A stretch of DNA of 64,000 nt from Schmidtea nova (Eukaryota): the NCBI GenBank assembly GCA_044892505.1, contig CM097882.1, positions 19,902,001-19,966,000 on the forward strand. Reading direction: 5' to 3'. The position numbers and the translations under genes were made by a program. How positions within the stretch are numbered: position 1 is the first letter of the stretch; each line of letters opens with the position of its first letter. This document shows positions 53,601 through 62,600 of the stretch, piece after piece. The notes beneath the pieces are model-generated. The model did not search any database. It was not told the origin of the DNA and worked only from the letters and a program-made list of their open reading frames with translations.

Positions 53601-56600
53601 AGAAGCAATTGCAAAAGGAATAATCGACGCGGAAAATAGCGCAATATATGATGCAGAGAAAGGACAAACTGTGTCTCTTTCTGAAATGCTAAGTAGCGGA
53701 AAAGATATGAAAGCTTTGCTAACAAGCGAAAAAGAAAGAATTGATAAAGAAAAGCATGGAGAATTAGAAAAGATCAGTATGGAATATTCAACTGATGCGC
53801 AACACTTCACTTTGGATGAAGCAATTGAAAGAGGTCTTGTAGACACAATGCGAGGAACGATACGAGATCCTATTTCTGGAAAAGAAATTTCATTACAAGA
53901 AGCAATTGCAAAAGGAATAATCGACGCGGAAAATAGCGCAATATATGATGCAGAGAAAGGACAAACTGTGTCTCTTTCTGAAATGCTAAGTAGCGGAAAA
54001 GATATGAAAGCTTTGCTAACAAGCGAAAAAGAAAGAATTGATAAAGAAAAGCATGGAGAATTAGAAAAGATCAGTATGGAATATTCAACTGACGCGCAAC
54101 ACTTGACTTTGGATGAAGCAATTGAAAGAGGTCTTGTAGACACAATGCGAGGAACGATACGAGATCCTATTTCTGGAAAAGAAATTTCATTACAAGAAGC
54201 AATTGCAAAAGGAATAATCGACGCGGAAAATAGCGCAATATATGATGCAGAGAAAGGACAAACTGTGTCTCTTTCTGAAATGCTAAGTAGCGGAAAAGAT
54301 ATGAAAGCTTTGCTAACAAGCGAAAAAGAAAGAATTGATAAAGAGAATCATGGAGAATTAGAAAAGATCAGTATGGAATATTCAACTGACGCGCAACACT
54401 TGACTTTGGATGAAGCAATTGAAAGAGGTCTTGTAGACACAATGCGAGGAACGATACGAGATCCTATTTCTGGAAAAGAAATTTCATTACAAGAAGCAAT
54501 TGCAAAAGGAATAATCGACGCGGAAAATAGCGCAATATATGATGCAGAGGAAGGACAAACTGTGTCTCTTTCTGAAATGCTAAGTAGCGGAAAAGATATG
54601 AAAGCTTTGCTAACAAGCGAAAAAGAAAGAATTGATAAAGAAAAGCATGGAGAATTAGAAAAGATCAGTATGGAATATTCAACTGACGCGCAACACTTGA
54701 CTTTGGATGAAGCCATTGAAAGAGGTCTTGTAGACACAATGCGAGGAACGATACGAGATCCTATTTCTGGAAAAGAAATTTCATTACAAGAAGCAATTGC
54801 AAAAGGAATAATCGACGCGGAAAATAGCGCAATATATGATGCAGAGAAAGGACAAACTGTGTCTCTTTCTGAAATGCTAAGTAGCCGAAAAGATATGAAA
54901 GCTTTGCTAACAAGCGAAAAAGAAAGAATTGATAAAGAAAAGCATGGAGAATTAGAAAAGATCAGTATGGAATATTCAACTGATGCGCAACACTTGACTT
55001 TGGATGAAGCAATTGAAAGAGGTCTTGTAGACACAATGCGAGGAACGATACGAGATCCTATTTCTGGAAAAGAAATTTCATTACAAGAAGCAATTGCAAA
55101 AGGAATAATCGACGCGGAAAATAGCGCAATATATGATGCAGAGAAAGGACAAACTGTGTCTCTTTCTGAAATGCTAAGGAGCGGAAAAGATATGAAAGCT
55201 TTGCTAACAAGCGAAAAAGAAAGAATTGATAAAGAAAAGCATGGAGAATTAGAAAAGATCAGTATGGAATATTCAACTGACGCGCAACACTTGACTTTGG
55301 ATGAAGCAATTGAAAGAGGTCTTGTAGACACAATGCGAGGAACGATACGAGATCCTATTTCTGGAAAAGAAATTTCATTACAAGAAGCAATTGCAAAAGG
55401 AATAATCGACGCGGAAAATAGCGCAATATATGATGCAGAGAAAGGACAAACTGTGTCTCTTTCTGAAATGCTAAGTAGCGGAAAAGATATGAAAGCTTTG
55501 CTAACAAGCGAAAAAGAAAGAATTGATAAAGAAAAGCATGGAGAATTAGAAAAGATCAGTATGGAATATTCAACTGACGCGCAACACTTGACTTTGGATG
55601 AAGCAATTGAAAGAGGTCTTGTAGACACAATGCGAGGAACGATACGAGATCCTATTTCTGGAAAAGAAATTTCATTACAAGAAGCAATTGCAAAAGGAAT
55701 AATCGACGCGGAAAATAGCGCAATATATGATGCAGAGAAAGGACAAACTGTGTCTCTTTCTGAAATGCTAAGGAGCGGAAAAGATATGAAAGCTTTGCTA
55801 ACAAGCGAAAAAGAAATAATTGTGAAAGAAAAGCATGGAGAATTAGAAAAGATCAGTATGGAATATTCAACTGACGCGCAACACTTGACTTTGGATGAAG
55901 CAATTGAAAGAGGTCTTGTAGACACAATGCGAGGAACGATACGAGATCCTATTTCTGGAAAAGAAATTTCATTACAAGAAGCAATTGCAAAAGGAATAAT
56001 CGACGCGGAAAATAGCGCAATATATGATGCAGAGAAAGGACAAACTGTGTCTCTTTCTGAAATGCTAAGGAGCGGAAAAGATATGAAAGCTTTGCTAACA
56101 AGCGAAAAAGAAAGAATTGATAAAGAAAAGCATGGAGAATTAGAAAAGATCAGTATGGAATATTCAACTGATGCGCAACACTTGACTTTGGATGAAGCAA
56201 TTGAAAGAGGTCTTGTAGACACAATGCGAGGAACGATACGAGATCCTATTTCTGGAAAAGAAATTTCATTACAAGAAGCAATTGCAAAAGGAATAATCGA
56301 CGCGGAAAATAGCGCAATATATGATGCAGAGAAAGGACAAACTGTGTCTCTTTCTGAAATGCTAAGGAGCGGAAAAGATATGAAAGCTTTGCTAACAAGC
56401 GAAAAAGAAAGAATTGATAAAGAAAAGCATGGAGAATTAGAAAAGATCAGTATGGAATATTCAACTGACGCGCAACACTTGACTTTGGATGAAGCAATTG
56501 AAAGAGGTCTTGTAGACACAATGCGAGGAACGATACGAGATCCTATTTCTGGAAAAGAAATTTCATTACAAGAAGCAATTGCAAAAGGAATAAACGACGC

Positions 56601-59600
56601 GGAAAATAGCGCAATATATGATGCAGAGAAAGGACAAACTGTGTCTCTTTCTGAAATGCTAAGTAGCGGAAAAGATATGAAAGCTTTGCTAACAAGCGAA
56701 AAAGAAAGAATTGATAAAGAAAAGCATGGAGAATTAGAAAAGATCAGTATGGAATATTCAACTGACGCGCAACACTTCACTTTGGATGAAGCAATTGAAA
56801 GAGGTCTTGTAGACACAATGCGAGGAACGATACGAGATCCTATTTCTGGAAAAGAAATTTCATTACAAGAAGCAATTGCAAAAGGAATAATCGACGCGGA
56901 AAATAGCGCAATATATGATGCAGAGAAAGGACAAACTGTGTCTCTTTCTGAAATGCTAAGGAGCGGAAAAGATATGAAAGCTTTGCTAACAAGCGAAAAA
57001 GAAAGAATTGATAAAGAAAAGCATGGAGAATTAGAAAAGATCAGTATGGAATATTCAACTGACGCGCAACACTTGACTTTGGATGAAGCAATTGAAAGAG
57101 GTCTTGTAGACACAATGCGAGGAACGATACGAGATCCTATTTCTGGAAAAGAAATTTCATTACAAGAAGCAATTGCAAAAGGAATAATCGACGCGGAAAA
57201 TAGCGCAATATATGATGCAGAGAAAGGACAAACTGTGTCTCTTTCTGAAATGCTAAGTAGCGGAAAAGATATGAAAGCTTTGCTAACAAGCGAAAAAGAA
57301 AGAATTGATAAAGAAAAGCATGGAGAATTAGAAAAGATCAGTATGGAATATTCAACTGGCGCGCAACACTTGACTTTGGATGAAGCCATTGAAAGAGGTC
57401 TTGTAGACACAATGCGAGGAACGATACGAGATCCTATTTCTGGAAAAGAAATTTCATTACAAGAAGCAATTGCAAACGGAATAATCGACGCGGAAAATAG
57501 CGCAATATATGATGCAGAGAAAGGACAAACTGTGTCTCTTTCTGAAATGCTATGTAGCGGAAAAGATATGAAAGCTTTGCTAACAAGCGAAAAAGAAAGA
57601 ATTGATAAAGAAAAGCATGGAGAATTAGAAAAGATCAGTATGGAATATTCAACTGACGCGCAACACTTGACTTTGGATGAAGCAATTGAAAGAGGTCTTG
57701 TAGACACAATGCGAGGAACGATACGAGATCCTATTTCTGGAAAAGAAATTTCATTACAAGAAGCAATTGCAAAAGGAATAATCGACGCGGAAAATAGCGC
57801 AATATATGATGCAGAGAAAGGACAAACTGTGTCTCTTTCTGAAATGCTAAGGAGCGGAAAAGATATGAAAGCTTTGCTAACAAGCGAAAAAGAAATAATT
57901 GTGAAAGAAAAGCATGGAGAATTAGAAAAGATCAGTATGGAATATTCAACTGACGCGCAACACTTGACTTTGGATGAAGCAATTGAAAGAGGTCTTGTAG
58001 ACACAATGCGAGGAACGATACGAGATCCTATTTCTGGAAAAGAAATTTCATTACAAGAAGCAATTGCAAAAGGAATAATCGACGCGGAAAATAGCGCAAT
58101 ATATGATGCAGAGAAAGGACAAACTGTGTCTCTTTCTGAAATGCTAAGTAGCGGAAAAGATATGAAAGCTTTGCTAACAAACGAAAAAGAAAGAATTGAT
58201 AAAGAAAAGCATGGAGAATTAGAAAAGATCAGTATGGAATATTCAACTGATGCGCAACACTTGACTTTGGATGAAGCAATTGAACGAGGTCTTGTAGACA
58301 CAATGCGAGGAACGATACGAGATCCTATTTCTGGAAAAGAAATTTCATTACAAGAAGCAATTGCAAAAGGAATAATCGACGCGGAAAATAGCGCAATATA
58401 TGATGCAGAGAAAGGACAAACTGTGTCTCTTTCTGAAATGCTAAGTAGCGGAAAAGATATGAAAGCTTTGCTAACAAGCGAAAAAGAAAGAATTGATAAA
58501 GAAAAGCATGGAGAATTAGAAAAGATCAGTATGGAATATTCAACTGATGCGCAACACTTGACTTTGGATGAAGCAATTGAAAGAGGTCTTGTAGACACAA
58601 TGCGAGGAACGATACGAGATCCTATTTCTGGAAAAGAAATTTCATTACAAGAAGCAATTGCAAAAGGAATAATCGACGCGGAAAATAGCGCAATATATGA
58701 TGCAGAGAAAGGACAAACTGTGTCTCTTTCTGAAATGCTAAGTAGCCGAAAAGATATGAAAGCTTTGCTAACAAGCGAAAAAGAAAGAATTGATAAAGAA
58801 AAGCATGGAGAATTAGAAAAGATCAGTATGGAATATTCAACTGATGCGCAACACTTGACTTTGGATGAAGCAATTGAAAGAGGTCTTGTAGACACAATGC
58901 GAGGAACGATACGAGATCCTATTTCTGGAAAAGAAATTTCATTACAAGAAGCAATTGCAAAAGGAATAATCGACGCGGAAAATAGCGCAATATATGATGC
59001 AGAGAAAGGACAAACTGTGTCTCTTTCTGAAATGCTAAGTAGCGGAAAAGATATGAAAGCTTTGCTAACAAGCGAAAAAGAAAGAATTGATAAAGAAAAG
59101 CATGGAGAATTAGAAAAGATCAGTATGGAATATTCAACTGACGCGCAACACTTGACTTTGGATGAAGCAATTGAAAGAGGTCTTGTAGACACAATGCGAG
59201 GAACGATACGAGATCCTATTTCTGGAAAAGAAATTTCATTACAAGAAGCAATTGCAAAAGGAATAATCGACGCGGAAAATAGCGCAATATATGATGCAGA
59301 GAAAGGACAAACTGTGTCTCTTTCTGAAATGCTAAGTAGCGGAAAAGATATGAAAGCTTTGCTAACAAGCGAAAAAGAAAGAATTGATAAAGAAAAGCAT
59401 GGAGAATTAGAAAAGATCAGTATGGAATATTCAACTGACGCGCAACACTTGACTTTGGATGAAGCCATTGAAAGAGGTCTTGTAGACACAATGCGAGGAA
59501 CGATACGAGATCCTATTTCTGGAAAAGAAATTTCATTACAAGAAGCAATTGCAAACGGAATAATCGACGCGGAAAATAGCGCAATATATGATGCAGAGAA

Positions 59601-62600
59601 AGGACAAACTGTGTCTCTTTCTGAAATGCTATGTAGCGGAAAAGATATGAAAGCTTTGCTAACAAGCGAAAAAGAAAGAATTGATAAAGAAAAGCATGGA
59701 GAATTAGAAAAGATCAGTATGGAATATTCAACTGACGCGCAACACTTGACTTTGGATGAAGCAATTGAAAGAGGTCTTGTAGACACAATGCGAGGAACGA
59801 TACGAGATCCTATTTCTGGAAAAGAAATTTCATTACAAGAAGCAATTGCAAAAGGAATAATCGACGCGGAAAATAGCGCAATATATGATGCAGAGAAAGG
59901 ACAAACTGTGTCTCTTTCTGAAATGCTAAGGAGCGGAAAAGATATGAAAGCTTTGCTAACAAGCGAAAAAGAAATAATTGTGAAAGAAAAGCATGGAGAA
60001 TTAGAAAAGATCAGTATGGAATATTCAACTGACGCGCAACACTTGACTTTGGATGAAGCAATTGAAAGAGGTCTTGTAGACACAATGCGAGGAACGATAC
60101 GAGATCCTATTTCTGGAAAAGAAATTTCATTACAAGAAGCAATTGCAAAAGGAATAATCGACGCGGAAAATAGCGCAATATATGATGCAGAGAAAGGACA
60201 AACTGTGTCTCTTTCTGAAATGCTAAGTAGCGGAAAAGATATGAAAGCTTTGCTAACAAGCGAAAAAGAAAGAATTGATAAAGAAAAGCATGGAGAATTA
60301 GAAAAGATCAGTATGGAATATTCAACTGATGCGCAACACTTGACTTTGGATGAAGCAATTGAAAGAGGTCTTGTAGACACAATGCGAGGAACGATACGAG
60401 ATCCTATTTCTGGAAAAGAAATTTCATTACAAGAAGCAATTGCAAAAGGAATAATCGACGCGGAAAATAGCGCAATATATGATGCAGAGAAAGGACAAAC
60501 TGTGTCTCTTTCTGAAATGCTAAGTAGCGGAAAAGATATGAAAGCTTTGCTAACAAGCGAAAAAGAAAGAATTGATAAAGAAAAGCATGGAGAATTAGAA
60601 AAGATCAGTAGGGAATATTCACCTGACGCGCAACACTTGACTTTGGATGAAGCAATTGAAAGAGGTCTTGTAGACACAATGCGAGGAACGATACGAGATC
60701 CTATTTCTGGAAAAGAAATTTCATTACAAGAAGCAATTGCAAAAGGAATAATCGACGCGGAAAATAGCGCAATATATGATGCAGAGAAAGGACAAACTGT
60801 GTCTCTTTCTGAAATGCTAAGTAGCGGAAAAGATATGAAAGCTTTGCTAACAAGCGAAAAAGAAAGAATTGATAAAGAAAAGCATGGAGAATTAGAAAAG
60901 ATCAGTATGGAATATTCAACTGACGCGCAACACTTGACTTTGGATGAAGCCATTGAAAGAGGTCTTGTAGACACAATGCGAGGAACGATACGAGATCCTA
61001 TTTCTGGAAAAGAAATTTCATTACAAGAAGCAATTGCAAAAGGAATAATCGACGCGGAAAATAGCGCAATATATGATGCAGAGAAAGGACAAACTGTGTC
61101 TCTTTCTGAAATGCTATGTAGCGGAAAAGATATGAAAGCTTTGCTAACAAGCGAAAAAGAAAGAATTGATAAAGAAAAGCATGGAGAATTAGAAAAGATC
61201 AGTATGGAATATTCAACTGACGCGCAACACTTGACTTTGGATGAAGCAATTGAAAGAGGTCTTGTAGACACAATGCGAGGAACGATACGAGATCCTATTT
61301 CTGGAAAAGAAATTTCATTACAAGAAGCAATTGCAAAAGGAATAATCGACGCGGAAAATAGCGCAATATATGATGCAGAGAAAGGACAAACTGTGTCTCT
61401 TTCTGAAATGCTAAGTAGCGGAAAAGATATGAAAGCTTTGCTAACAAGCGAAAAAGAAAGAATTGATAAAGAAAAGCATGGAGAATTAGAAAAGATCAGT
61501 ATGGAATATTCAACTGACGCGCAACACTTGACTTTGGATGAAGCAATTGAAAGAGGTCTTGTAGACACAATGCGAGGAACGATACGAGATCCTATTTCTG
61601 GAAAAGAAATTTCATTACAAGAAGCAATTGCAAAAGGAATAATCGACGCGGAAAATAGCGCAATATATGATGCAGAGAAAGGACAAACTGTGTCTCTTTC
61701 TGAAATGCTAAGTAGCGGAAAAGATATGAAAGCTTTGCTAACAAGCGAAAAAGAAAGAATTGATAAAGAAAAGCATGGAGAATTAGAAAAGATCAGTATG
61801 GAATATTCAACTGATGCGCAACACTTGACTTTGGATGAAGCCATTGAAAGAGGTCTTGTAGACACAATGCGAGGAACGATACGAGATCCTATTTCTGGAA
61901 AAGAAATTTCATTACAAGAAGCAATTGCAAAAGGAATAATCGACGCGGAAAATAGCGCAATATATGATGCAGAGAAAGGACAAACTGTGTCTCTTTCTGA
62001 AATGCTAAGTAGCGGAAAAGATATGAAAGCTTTGCTAACAAGCGAAAAAGAAAGAATTGATAAAGAAAAGCATCGAGAATTAGAAAAGATCAGTATGGAA
62101 TATTCAACTGACGCGCAACACTTGACTTTGGATGAAGCAATTGAAAAAGGTCTTGTAGACACAATGCGAGGAACGATACGAGATCCTATTTCTGGAAAAG
62201 AAATTTCATTACAAGAAGCAATTGCAAAAGGAATAATCGACGCGGAAAATAGCGCAATATATGATGCAGAGAAAGGACAAACTGTGTCTCTTTCTGAAAT
62301 GCTAAGGAGCGGAAAAGATATAAAAGCTTTGCTAACAAGCGAAAAAGAAAGAATTGATAAAGAAAAGCATGGAGAATTAGAAAAGATCAGTATGGAATAT
62401 TCAACTGACGCGCAACACTTGACTTTGGATGAAGCAATTGAAAAAGGTCTTGTAGACACAATGCGAGGAACGATACGAGATCCTATTTCTGGAAAAGAAA
62501 TTTCATTACAAGAAGCAATTGCAAAAGGAATAATCGACGCGGAAAATAGCGCAATATATGATGCAGAGAAAGGACAAACTGTGTCTCTTTCTGAAATGCT